DNA of 32,000 bases from Longivirga aurantiaca (GCF_042660085.1 NZ_JBHSTI010000002.1:180001-212000), one strand, 5' to 3'; counted from the stretch's first letter, positions 17,802-26,854 are shown. Numbers and translations are program-made. Notes: generated by a model from the letters alone, not told the origin.

Positions 17802-20153
17802 TCACTGCCGTGCCAGCGCCGTGGACAGCCGGAGCTGGGGGTCCACCAGGTGGTTGAAGTCGGCGTCGCCGTCGGCGAGCTCGATGAGGACCGTCTTCAC
17901 CTCGCCCGTGAACGCGCTGCCGTGCGAGGTGTAGTCGTCGCTCACCGGGAGGCCGCTGTCGTGGCCGACGTCGCACGTCTCGTCGAGCGAGAACACCAGC
18001 GGCACGCTGCGCTCGAGCCTGCCCTCTGCCACCGCCTCGCCGTCCAGCGTCAGCGTGATGTCGCCACCGCGGGCCGGCCCTCCGCCGTCGTACGCGAAGG
18101 ACATGACCAGGCGGTGTCTGCCCGGCGGGACGGGAGCCGTGCCGGCGACCTTGGTGACCTGCAGGCCCATGAGGTTGTAGCAGTAGACCGGCACGCCGTC
18201 GTGGCGCAGGTAGAGGCTCCACCCGCCGAACGCACCGCCCTGGGCGATGATCACGCCGGCCGCCCCGCCCTCGGGCACCTCGATGTCGGCGGCGACCGCG
18301 TGCGACACGTTCTTCACGTTGAGCACGGTCGCCTCGGTGAGGCGGCTCATGCTGCCGTAGAGGATCTGCGTGCGGCCCTTGATGAGCGTCGGCCGTCCGG
18401 CGATGGCTGCGTCGAAACGCTCGACGCGGCGGTCGTCGAGGGGGAGCACGTTGTACTTCCTCGCCTCGACGAGGAAGAGCTCCTGCAGCTCGCGCAGCTT
18501 GTCGGGCAGCTCAGCCGAGAGGTCGTTCGCCTGGGTCCAGTCGTCGGGGGAGTAGAGCTCCCACACGTCGTCGACGAACGCCGGCAGCTCGGCCATCGCC
18601 ACCCACGGCGTCGCGTGCTTGGTGCACGCCGTCCAGCCCTCGTGGTAGATCCCGCGGTTGCCGCCGATCTCGAAGTACTGCGTCGTGTGGCGGTCGGCCG
18701 CCGCGGCGTCGCCGAACGAGTACGTCATGCTCACGCCGTGCAGGGGAGTCTGCTCGGCACCGTTGACCTGCTCCGGGTGCGGGATGCCGGCGACGTCGAG
18801 CACGGTGGGCGCGATGTCGATGACGTGGTGGAACTGGTTGCGGACGCCCGGCTCGGTGATGCCCTTCGGCCAGTGCACCACCGTGCCGTTGCGGGTGCCG
18901 CCCCAGTGCGAGGCCACCTGCTTCGTCCACTGGTACGGCGTGTCCATGGCGTGAGCCCAGCCCACCGAGAAGTGGTTGTACGCCTCGATGGTGCCGAACT
19001 TGTCGATGCGCGAGGCCATGAACTCGGGGGTCTCGAGGGCGGCTGCGCCGTTGAAGAAGAGGTACTCGTTGAAGCTGCCGTTGATGTGGCCCTCGGCCGA
19101 GGCGCCGTTGTCGCCGATCACGTAGAAGACCAGCGTGTTCTCGAGCGAGCCCAGGTCGTCGAGCGCGTCGACGAGGCGGCCGATGTGGTGGTCGGTGTGC
19201 TCGAGGAAGCCGGCGTACACCTCCATCTGGCGGGCAAGCACGGGCTTGAGCGCCTCGGGCATGTCGTCCCACGCAGGGATCTCGTCGTGGCGCGCGGTGA
19301 GCTCGGCCTCCTCGGGCACCACGCCGCGGCGCTTCTGCTCGGCGAAGATCCGCTCGCGCAGGGCGTCCCAGCCGTCGTCGAACTCGCCCTTGTACTTGTC
19401 GGCCCACTCGAGCGGCACGTGGTGCGGGGCGTGGGTGGCGCCCGGCGCGTAGTACATGAAGAACGGGCGGTCGGGGGTCAGGGCGGTGAGGCGGCGGACC
19501 CAGGCGATCGCCTGGTCGGTCATGTCCTCGGTGAAGTGGTAGTCGTCGTCCGCAATGCCCTCGGGCTCGATCGGCGTGGTGCCGCTGAAGAGCGCCGGGG
19601 CGTGCTGGTTGGTCTCGCCGCCGAGGAAGCCGTAGAAGTGCTCGAAGCCGCCGCCGCCGGTCGGCCAGGCGTCGAACGGACCCACCGGGCTGGTCTGCCA
19701 GACCGGCACCTCGTGGCACTTGCCGAACTGCGCCGTCGAGTAGCCGTTGAGCCTGAGCACCTCGGCGAGCGGCGCCGCCGACTGCGGGCGGATGGACGAG
19801 TAGCCGGGTGCGGCCGTGGCGATCTCGGTGATCGCCCCCATGCCGACTGCGTGATGGTTCCGGCCGGTGAGGAGCGCCTGGCGGGTGGGCGCGCAGAGGG
19901 CCGCGGTGTGGAAGCGCGAGTACGCCAGGCCGTTGTTCGCGAGCCGCTCGGCGACGGGCGTGCGGCACGGGCCGCCGAAGACGCTCGCGGCACCGAAGCC
20001 GACGTCGTCGAGCAGGATCACGAGGACGTTGGGCGCGCCCACCGGCGGCCGGATGGGCTGGATGGGCTCGAAGACCGCGCGCGGGTCCTTGGCGTCGTCG
20101 TAGACGGGCCCGTCGTACTGCTTGTCCGGGATCGGGAGGTGGGTGCGGTCCAT
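17802..20153 (-). CDS. Arylsulfatase (Cys-type, alkaline phosphatase superfamily)
   Basis: PNVLVILLDDVGFGAASVFGG metal-binding N-term, CAPTRQALLTGR formylglycine motif (Cys codon near 19893-19895), GGNRGIYHEGWTACTKH. Start chosen at MDRTHLPIPDKQYDG; upstream ATG at 20210 possible. Confidence 0.95.
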   Translation of the reverse strand: MDRTHLPIPDKQYDGPVYDDAKDPRAVFEPIQPIRPPVGAPNVLVILLDDVGFGAASVFGGPCRTPVAERLANNGLAYSRFHTAALCAPTRQALLTGRNHHAVGMGAITEIATAAPGYSSIRPQSAAPLAEVLRLNGYSTAQFGKCHEVPVWQTSPVGPFDAWPTGGGGFEHFYGFLGGETNQHAPALFSGTTPIEPEGIADDDYHFTEDMTDQAIAWVRRLTALTPDRPFFMYYAPGATHAPHHVPLEWADKYKGEFDDGWDALRERIFAEQKRRGVVPEEAELTARHDEIPAWDDMPEALKPVLARQMEVYAGFLEHTDHHIGRLVDALDDLGSLENTLVFYVIGDNGASAEGHINGSFNEYLFFNGAAALETPEFMASRIDKFGTIEAYNHFSVGWAHAMDTPYQWTKQVASHWGGTRNGTVVHWPKGITEPGVRNQFHHVIDIAPTVLDVAGIPHPEQVNGAEQTPLHGVSMTYSFGDAAAADRHTTQYFEIGGNRGIYHEGWTACTKHATPWVAMAELPAFVDDVWELYSPDDWTQANDLSAELPDKLRELQELFLVEARKYNVLPLDDRRVERFDAAIAGRPTLIKGRTQILYGSMSRLTEATVLNVKNVSHAVAADIEVPEGGAAGVIIAQGGAFGGWSLYLRHDGVPVYCYNLMGLQVTKVAGTAPVPPGRHRLVMSFAYDGGGPARGGDITLTLDGEAVAEGRLERSVPLVFSLDETCDVGHDSGLPVSDDYTSHGSAFTGEVKTVLIELADGDADFNHLVDPQLRLSTALARQ

Positions 20154-20335
20154 GACGTCGGGCTCCCTCGTCGAGATCGGCTGCAGACGCCTCGGGACGA
20201 AGCCCGTCACGCGGTCTGACTGATCGTCACCTGCGAGCAGGATTCAACCATCCCGGCAGCCGCTGGCAGGAGTGTTCGCAGGAGCGCACCCGCCGCGGCA
20301 CCGGTCGGGGCGTGGGGGTCGTCGGACGTCCCGAA

Positions 20336-20375
20336 CGGGTCGGCCGCCCAGGGATCGAACCCAGGACCTGCGGAT
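20336..20375 (-). repeat. Remnant of tRNA-Lys 3' half plus 5-nt downstream flank (copy 1 of 3)
   Basis: cgggtcggccgcccagggatcgaacccaggacctgcggat matches 35/40 positions of 29132-29171; complement has T-arm CTGGGTTCGATCCCTGG and acceptor GCGGCC but no matching 5' half. Confidence 0.65.
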
Positions 20376-20500
20376 CAGGAGCCGGGCCCGGACCTCCGTC
20401 AACTCGTTGATCGGCGCCTCGGCGGGAGTGACCTCGGACACGTCACTAAACTGAAAGCGGACGCTGCCGCCTCGCGTACGGCCGTCCGCGGAGGTGCGCT

Positions 20501-22888
20501 ATGAGCGCCACCCTGATCCGCCGCCTGCTGTCCATGACCTCAGCAGCGGCGTTGGCCATCGCGATCACCGGGCTCGCAGCACCGGCCGCGACGGCCGAAG
20601 CACCACCCACCCTCACGGTCGACCCCGTCTCCGACCTGGTCTCCGGGGGGTCGTTCACGCCCGGTAGCGACGTCTCTCTGTGGCTCAACGGCGTGCTGGT
20701 CGCCGACAGCTTCACCCAGATCGACCCGCAGTGCGGCGACTGCGGGTTCTTCTTCCAGAACCCCGAGGTCGACATCGCCATCGGGGACACAGTCACCGTC
20801 ACGGCCGGCGTGACGGTGACCTACGTCGTGGCTCCGCTGGTCATCACCTCGGTGAGCGCGGCGGCGATCCACGGTGAGTCCGCGCCTGACGGCGCCACGG
20901 TCGTCGTCACCCGCGACGACGACGAGGCGACGCTCGAGGCCCAGGTCGTCGCCGGCGACTGGGCCGTCGACCTCACCCCATGGCAGCTGGGAGTCGGCAA
21001 CGCCGGAACGGTCGTGCAGACCGACGAGGCCGGCAACAGCACGTCTCTCGCATGGAGCGTCCCTGCGTTCACCGCCGACCCCGGCCAGGATCACGTCAGC
21101 GGCTGGGGGTTCGGCCGTCCGGTCACGGTCACGATCGGCGGCGTCAGCTGGACCGGTGACCGGATCGAGTACGAGGGCGACAGCTTCAACGTGTACTTCG
21201 GCCCTGGGCCGGGCAGCACCGAACCTGACATCGTGCCGGGCACGACGGTCACGGTCACCGGGCCCTACGCGTCCAAGTCGCTGACGGTCGTCGACCTGGG
21301 CCTCACCGGTTGGGACGTCGCGCAGAACACCCTCTGGGGCACGACCGACGATCCCGACCCGAACCACGCGCTGTTCCTGTGGGTGTCCCGGCCTGACGCC
21401 GACACCAACCTCACCGTCTTCGCCGACGGCGGCGTCTGGCTCGCCGACCTCGGCGCGGACGGCAGCGGCTACGAGCTGCGCATCAACGACAGGCTCGAGA
21501 TCGCCCAGGTCGACGCCGACGGCGACGAGACCCAGGTGCACCGAGTCGTCGCCGGACCTCGTTTCACCGTCGGGCTCGAGGTGCAGGAGGTCGTCGGGCT
21601 CGACTGGCCTCTCGGTCAGGACGTCGTGCTCACCGTGGAGCGGGCCGGCACGTCCGTCTTCAGCGCCACGACGAGTCCCACCGCGGCCACCGAGGCCTAC
21701 GGCGGGTGGCTCATGACCGGCGAGGGCGGCCGGGTGTACTTCGACCTGACCAAGGGTCCGATCCAGACGGTGCCGGGAGACGTCCTGACGATGAGCAGCG
21801 GGAGCGTCGTCAAGACGCAGGTGATCCCCTCGCTCACGGTCGACCTTCCGGACTACGCCGCCGACAGTGTCTCGGGAACTGCCGACCTGCCGGAGGACAG
21901 CTTCCTGACGCTGTCCGCGGACACGTTCTGGAACGGCCCCCCGATGCACGGGCTCGGCTCGGGCGGTGACTGGTCGTGGGCGTTCACCACGGACCAGGGC
22001 ACCCCGGACGAGAGCACCGAGTACGACATCACCGAGTCGTCCATGCCGTTCGTCTTCGCGACCGATGCGGACGGCGACATGACCGAGTCGCACGCGCCCG
22101 TCCCCGACGTCCGGGTCGACCCGATGGCCGACCGCGTGTGGGCGTCCGACTTCGCGGGCCCGACGACCCTGACCATCACGAGCGGGACGACCACCTACAC
22201 CGGGTCGGCGGATCCCACGAACGTGCTCACCCGCGGGTCGTGGAACCTCGACATGTGGGTGGAGCGGACGGGCAACCTGCCGCGTCCGGCAGTGTCGCTC
22301 TACGACCTCGCCGGCGTGTTCGACATCCGGGGCGGTGACCACATCTCGGTCACCGACGGCGTCAGCACCCGCGAGCTCGTGGTCGCCGACATCACCGTTG
22401 ATACCGCGAACGCGTCGACCGACGTGATGAGCGGCCACGCCACCCAGCCGCTCACCCTGCACATGGGCGACGGCGAGGGCGGGTACTGGGGGTACGGGGT
22501 CACGCCGGTAGACGGCCAGTGGAGCTACTGGTTCGAGCCCGGCGTCTTCCCGAACCCTCCCGACGGCATCCCCGCGGGGATGCACCTCCAGGCGGTGGAC
22601 GGCGGGACGGTCGTGCGTGTCACGGCGACCGCGACGCCGATCGAGCCGTCGGAGCTCGTCCCCACGGTGCAGGCGCTGCACCTCAAGGCGAGCACCGAGC
22701 GCGCGCTGCTGGCAACCCTGCAGTCCGCGCAGAGGTCCTACGACAGGAGCAAGGTCAAGGCGGGCAACGCGTCCATGGAGGCGTTCATCATCCAGGTCAC
22801 GAAGCTCTCTCCCAAGACGATCCCGACGGCGGCCGCGAACCAGCTCGTGGCCGATGCCCGGGCGGTGATCGCCGCGCACAGCGGCTGA
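20501..22888 (+). CDS. Large secreted protein with repeated Ig-like modules and C-terminal FIMAH-like domain
   Basis: 795 aa; RBS GGAGGTG; signal peptide to AAPAATAEA; beta-rich repeats; C-terminal KASTERALLATLQSAQRSYDRSKVKAGNASMEAFIIQVTKLSPKTIPTAAANQLVADARAVIAAHSG. Confidence 0.85.
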   Translation: MSATLIRRLLSMTSAAALAIAITGLAAPAATAEAPPTLTVDPVSDLVSGGSFTPGSDVSLWLNGVLVADSFTQIDPQCGDCGFFFQNPEVDIAIGDTVTVTAGVTVTYVVAPLVITSVSAAAIHGESAPDGATVVVTRDDDEATLEAQVVAGDWAVDLTPWQLGVGNAGTVVQTDEAGNSTSLAWSVPAFTADPGQDHVSGWGFGRPVTVTIGGVSWTGDRIEYEGDSFNVYFGPGPGSTEPDIVPGTTVTVTGPYASKSLTVVDLGLTGWDVAQNTLWGTTDDPDPNHALFLWVSRPDADTNLTVFADGGVWLADLGADGSGYELRINDRLEIAQVDADGDETQVHRVVAGPRFTVGLEVQEVVGLDWPLGQDVVLTVERAGTSVFSATTSPTAATEAYGGWLMTGEGGRVYFDLTKGPIQTVPGDVLTMSSGSVVKTQVIPSLTVDLPDYAADSVSGTADLPEDSFLTLSADTFWNGPPMHGLGSGGDWSWAFTTDQGTPDESTEYDITESSMPFVFATDADGDMTESHAPVPDVRVDPMADRVWASDFAGPTTLTITSGTTTYTGSADPTNVLTRGSWNLDMWVERTGNLPRPAVSLYDLAGVFDIRGGDHISVTDGVSTRELVVADITVDTANASTDVMSGHATQPLTLHMGDGEGGYWGYGVTPVDGQWSYWFEPGVFPNPPDGIPAGMHLQAVDGGTVVRVTATATPIEPSELVPTVQALHLKASTERALLATLQSAQRSYDRSKVKAGNASMEAFIIQVTKLSPKTIPTAAANQLVADARAVIAAHSG

Positions 22889-22913
22889 GCGCGCAACTGC
22901 GCACAGCACACCG

Positions 22914-22944
22914 GGCAGGGTCCGTCACAACGACGGGCCCTGCC
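22914..22944 (+). terminator. Strong hairpin downstream of the secreted protein gene
   Basis: GGCAGGGTCCGTC-ACAAC-GACGGGCCCTGCC, 13-bp stem (one U-G wobble), 26 nt after the stop codon; no long U tract. Confidence 0.65.
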
Positions 22945-23007
22945 GCGTGGCGGCGTAGTCGTCGGCGGCACCCGCAGAGCCGCCGGTGCGGTCCGTCGAT
23001 CGGCACC

Positions 23008-23301
23008 TCAGGGCAGCGGGACGAGGCCGACGTCGCCGACGAGGACTGTCGCCGTCTCGCCCGGCTCTGCCTCGATCTCCCACTCCCGGAAGAAGGCCCG
23101 CGCGCCTTCGCGGGAGCCCCAGCAGGCCAGGGCGTAGAAGGCGCTGCCGTCCTCGGCGTACCAGGCTCGGTGGAACCGGCACCCATGGCCGGCCGCCGAG
23201 TGCTGCATCTCCTCGGTGATCCAGGTGAGCCGCTTCTCGTACATGGACTGCGCCGTCTGCCCGTCGTTGGTCGGCGCAGGCGCGCGGAAGAGGATCCACA
23301 T
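23008..23301 (-). CDS. Small hypothetical protein
   Basis: 97 aa MWILFRAPAPTNDGQTAQSMYEKRLTWITEEMQHSAAGHGCRFHRAWYAEDGSAFYALACWGSREGARAFFREWEIEAEPGETATVLVGDVGLVPLP; balanced composition unlike shadow ORFs. Confidence 0.6.
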   Translation of the reverse strand: MWILFRAPAPTNDGQTAQSMYEKRLTWITEEMQHSAAGHGCRFHRAWYAEDGSAFYALACWGSREGARAFFREWEIEAEPGETATVLVGDVGLVPLP

Positions 23302-23403
23302 GCGGTCAGGGTAGGCGTGGCGATGCGGCGCGTCCGGGATCCGCGCTCAGCGGCAGCGCGCGTACTCGGCGCACACTGGGCTCGCCCCCGGCCGCTGAAC
23401 CCG

Positions 23404-23904
23404 GGCGTGCCGTGGGAGCCGAGCACCGGGGGCACGTCGGTGTGGACGCGGGCCATCGTGCTCGCCAACAGCGCAGGCGTGGACAACGGAGAGCCGCCCA
23501 TCGAGGCGCTACGGCTGCACGACCTGCGCCACACGGCGGCACGCCTGATGCTGGCGAGCGGTATGGACATGCACCAGGTCGCCACGGCTCTCGGCCACGC
23601 CGGCTCCTCCATCACGGTCGAGGTCTACGCGCATCTGCTGCCCAGCGAGGTCGTTCCGAGCAGCGAGCGCGACGACGCGTTGATGGCCGAGGAGCGCACC
23701 CGCGCGCAGGAACCGGTCGAGCGCGTCAGGATCCTCCGCCGGGCGTGGGCCGGCGACGACGGCACATCGGAGCGCGATTTGGTAGTGGAAAGTCGGGGCC
23801 GAGCGCGAGGTTCCACTACCAAATCGGCCATCCGCGGCGGCGCCGGCCGCCGGTTGTTCCTCGGTTTCGCAGGCGCCGCTCCGTTGGAGGGGGCGGAGGG
23901 GTGA
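23404..23904 (+). pseudogene. C-terminal fragment of a tyrosine recombinase / phage-type integrase
   Basis: EALRLHDLRHTAARLMLASGMDMHQVATALGHAGSSITVEVYAHLLPSE contains the HxxR box, LGH motif and the Tyr region; N-terminal SAM-like/arm domain and first catalytic Arg region absent. The 5' boundary is approximate. Confidence 0.8.
23775..23826. repeat. Perfect 16-bp inverted repeat with 20-nt spacer
   Basis: CGATTTGGTAGTGGAA (23775-23790) / TTCCACTACCAAATCG (23811-23826). Confidence 0.9.
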
Positions 23905-23926
23905 ACGCCCCGAACGACAGGGGCGT
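23905..23926 (+). terminator. Hairpin immediately after the integrase fragment stop
   Basis: ACGCCCC-GAACGACA-GGGGCGT, 7-bp perfect stem directly following TGA at 23902-23904. Confidence 0.45.
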
Positions 23927-23929
23927 AAC

Positions 23930-23989
23930 CCAGCGTTTGCGCTGGTAGAACGGGTGGGCGCCTGGGGACCGAACCCAGAACCCGCGGAT
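23930..23989 (-). repeat. Partial duplicate of tRNA-Lys 3' half plus downstream flank (copy 2 of 3), att-site-like
   Basis: ccagcgtttgcgctggtagaacgggtgggcgcctggggaccgaacccagaacccgcggat vs 29111-29171: 2 substitutions and 1 deletion over about 61 nt; homology ends within the anticodon arm. Confidence 0.85.
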
Positions 23990-24305
23990 GGAGAGCGCGA
24001 CCGGCGGTACGTGCGACTCCCTCCCGGCCGCGCGTAGATCGGCCGATGTCGCTTGGTGCGCATGGAAAGCCGGGCCGGTACGACTGTGCCTGGGCGAGAT
24101 CGGCAACGGTGCAGAGGCCCGGCTCCCCGAGGGCTCGACGCCCACGCGCGCGACGCACGTACGCCAAGGGGCTGTAGCCGCGCCGTAGGCCGGGCGGTGT
24201 CCGGTGTGCCGCATGGCCAACCGTCGGGCATGCGCGTCGGCAGCTGCCCCGGAGGCCGTGCAACGCAGACCGCGGCGGCGTAGCGTCGTCGGCGAGGGGT
24301 TGATC

Positions 24306-26219
24306 ATGACCGGATCGCCTGATGGTCTGCGCGCGGAGCCGTCGTACCTCGGACCCGAGTGGGCTGCTGCCGGGGCGCTGGCCCTGGTGGTGGCAGCCGC
24401 AGGGCCGCTGCTGCGCACGCTGTTCCCCATCCTCTACGTGATCGGGGAGGACTGGAGCTATCCAGGGGTCGGTGCGGTCGGGCTGCTCCTCTACCTCTCG
24501 CCGCTGCTGGCCGTGCTCGCGTTCCGCGCGCGTCCTCGCACGGCGGTGAGGCTCGGCGCCGCGATGCTGCTGGCAGCCGCTGTGGGCCTCGTCGCGGTCG
24601 CGCCGATCAGCCGGTACGTGGCTGCGGCAGCAACCGTCCTGGCTCTCGTCGGCGTCACGCTCGTCGCCCAGCATCTCGCTGCTGCGGGCAGCGGCCGTCG
24701 GCTGCTGCTGGTCGGCGCCGTCGTCGGCCTGACGTTGGACACAGCGGTCCGGGGGCTGCTGATCACGTGGGACCTGGTGTGGCGTGCGGCCGGGTTGGCC
24801 TCCGCCCTCTCGCTGCTCGTGCCTGCGACGGCGGTGCTCCTGGCATGGTGGGCGACCCGGCGCGATCCGCCGCGGACGGCTGTCGAACCGGCGAGCCGGT
24901 CGGCCGTCGTGGGGATCGGCGGGCTGATCGCGCTCGCGGCCCTGTTCCTGCAGAACCCCGGCTACGTGTCGGCGATGACGGGCTGGCCGTTCTGGGCCGG
25001 TGTCGCCGTCGTGCTGCTCGCCGACGCGCTGGCGCTCGTCGGCCTCGCGGCAGCTGCCGCGCGGGCGCCGCACGCTCTCGTGGTGGGCCTGCTGTCGGCC
25101 CTCGCCGCGGTGAGCACGGTGCTCGTGACCGTGGCCGCCGGCGCGGTGTCGTCGGTGCTCGTGGTCGTCGCCTGGGCGGCACTCGTCGCGCTGGTGTCGG
25201 TCGCGCTCGCGGCCGATCCAGCCCATCCCACCCGGGCGCCGTGGCTCGCAGGCCCGGCACGTGCCGCGGGGGCCGCCGCATTCGGTCTCGCCGTGGTCTT
25301 CCTCTGGCAGTTCTACATCGACACCGCGCTGCCCTTCCCACGCTGGGCCATCGCGCTGCTGCCCGTCCTCGTCGTCGCTGGCTCCGCGCTGCTGGCGGTA
25401 CGCCGGGATCCGGGCGGTGCGCCCGCCGCACGCCGTCCCGCGCTCATGGGCGCCCTGGCAGCGACCGCCGCCGCGGTCGTCTGCGCCGCGTTCCTCGTGG
25501 CGACGACTCCCGCTGGCTCCTCCGCAGCGGCGTCCGGTCGCACGGTGACCGTGATGACGTACAACATCCGGAGCGCGTCGGACGTCGACGGCCAGATCCG
25601 GCCCGACGTCGTCGCCGACATCGTGCGCGAGTTCGACCCCGACGTGCTGTTGCTGCAGGAGACCGGCAGGGGCTGGCCCATCCACGCGTCGACCGACGTC
25701 GCGGCGGTCCTGGAACGCGAGCTGGGGTACGCCGCAGCCTTCATGGGATCGGCCGACGACACGTTCGGCAACGTGGTGCTGTCGCGCCTGCCGTTCGACG
25801 TGACCGCGACCGGCTACCTGCCCGACGTGGGCGGCCAGCGCCGCAGCTACATCGCCGTGATGGTCGATGTCGGCGGCAGCCCGCTTCTCGTGGTGAACAG
25901 CCATCTCGAGGACAGGTCCGTGCCCCAGATCGAGGCGCTCCTGGCCGTCGCCGGCGACACGTCGCCGGCGGTCGTGCTCGGCGACCTGAACACCTGGCCC
26001 GACCTCGAGGAGGCTGCGGCCTTCACAGCAACGGGTCTCGTCGACGTGGTCGATGCGTCCGGCGACGTGTGCCGCACGACCTCGGCGCAGCCGACCCGGC
26101 CGTGCGACCGCCCCGACTGGATCCTGGTAACGCCGGATCTGGCGATCGACGCCGTCTCGATCGGGACGGTGCCAGCATCCGACCACCTGCCGATCGTGGC
26201 CACGCTGACCCTGCCCTGA
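24306..26219 (+). CDS. Membrane-anchored endonuclease/exonuclease/phosphatase (EEP) family protein
   Basis: Multi-TM N-terminal half; C-terminal TVMTYNIRSA, DVLLLQETGRGWP, VVNSHLEDR, VVLGDLNTWPD, ASDHLPIVATL. Confidence 0.9.
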   Translation: MTGSPDGLRAEPSYLGPEWAAAGALALVVAAAGPLLRTLFPILYVIGEDWSYPGVGAVGLLLYLSPLLAVLAFRARPRTAVRLGAAMLLAAAVGLVAVAPISRYVAAAATVLALVGVTLVAQHLAAAGSGRRLLLVGAVVGLTLDTAVRGLLITWDLVWRAAGLASALSLLVPATAVLLAWWATRRDPPRTAVEPASRSAVVGIGGLIALAALFLQNPGYVSAMTGWPFWAGVAVVLLADALALVGLAAAAARAPHALVVGLLSALAAVSTVLVTVAAGAVSSVLVVVAWAALVALVSVALAADPAHPTRAPWLAGPARAAGAAAFGLAVVFLWQFYIDTALPFPRWAIALLPVLVVAGSALLAVRRDPGGAPAARRPALMGALAATAAAVVCAAFLVATTPAGSSAAASGRTVTVMTYNIRSASDVDGQIRPDVVADIVREFDPDVLLLQETGRGWPIHASTDVAAVLERELGYAAAFMGSADDTFGNVVLSRLPFDVTATGYLPDVGGQRRSYIAVMVDVGGSPLLVVNSHLEDRSVPQIEALLAVAGDTSPAVVLGDLNTWPDLEEAAAFTATGLVDVVDASGDVCRTTSAQPTRPCDRPDWILVTPDLAIDAVSIGTVPASDHLPIVATLTLP

Positions 26220-26290
26220 CGGCGGTTGCGCAACGCCGCGCCGTCGAAGCCCGACAGCTCGCCCGGCCGATGTCCGCGGCCCGGGCGTCC

Positions 26291-26854
26291 TCAGAACCGG
26301 ACCTGCGGGGGAGGCTCCTGGCCCTCCGCCGCCTGGTAGAAGGCGCGGGGCCGGACGCCTGCCGGTCCGGCCATCCACATCCAGGGGATGGTGGCCAGGC
26401 TGGTGTTCAGCGTCGAGACCGAGTCGTTGTAGTACTGCCGGGCGAACGCGAGCTGGTCCTCGGTGGAGGCCAACTGCTCCTGCAGGGAGATGAACCCCTG
26501 CGACGCCTTGAGGTCGGGATACGCCTCGGCAACGGCGTTGATGTGCAGGATGCCGCGCTGGAGCGCGGCCTCGGCCGCTGCGCGCTGCTCGACCGTCGCG
26601 CCGGCACCGGTCGCGCTCGCCACCTGCGCACGTGCCTGGGTCACCTCGTCGAAGACGGCGCGCTCGTGGGCGGCGTAGCCCTTCACCGTCTCCACGAGGT
26701 TGGGGACGAGGTCGGCGCGCCGCGTCAGCTGGACGTCGATGCCCCCGAGCGCCTCCTGCGCCGAGACGTCCTGCGTGCGCAGCCGGTTGAAGGCCACGGC
26801 GGCGAGGACGAGCCCGACCACGACCACCATCACCAGCACGACGATCCAGATCAT
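26291..26854 (-). CDS. LemA family protein
   Basis: MIWIVVLVMVVVVGLVLAAVAFNRLRTQDVSAQEALGGIDVQLTRRADLVPNLVETVKGYAAHERAVFDEVTQAR...QYYNDSVSTLNT. Confidence 0.93.
   Translation of the reverse strand: MIWIVVLVMVVVVGLVLAAVAFNRLRTQDVSAQEALGGIDVQLTRRADLVPNLVETVKGYAAHERAVFDEVTQARAQVASATGAGATVEQRAAAEAALQRGILHINAVAEAYPDLKASQGFISLQEQLASTEDQLAFARQYYNDSVSTLNTSLATIPWMWMAGPAGVRPRAFYQAAEGQEPPPQVRF

Noticed and set aside
17388-20219. 943-aa plus-strand ORF
   Set aside because: Shadow of the arylsulfatase gene; the minus-strand frame has clear sulfatase motifs.
20336-20375. A complete tRNA gene on the minus strand at copy 1
   Set aside because: The T-arm and acceptor 3' strand are recognisable, but the preceding sequence does not form a paired anticodon stem, D-arm or acceptor 5' strand.
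20272-20454. Short ORFs covering the tRNA remnant near 20340-20380
   Set aside because: No RBS, protein-like composition or recognisable domain; this is intergenic/tRNA-derived sequence.
20540-22909. 789-aa minus-strand ORF
   Set aside because: Antisense to the secreted protein gene, which has a signal peptide, RBS and recognisable C-terminal domain on the plus strand.
23625-26378. 917-aa minus-strand ORF and 881-aa plus-strand ORF 24359-27004
   Set aside because: Both are low-complexity frames overlapping the EEP protein; neither shows domain motifs.
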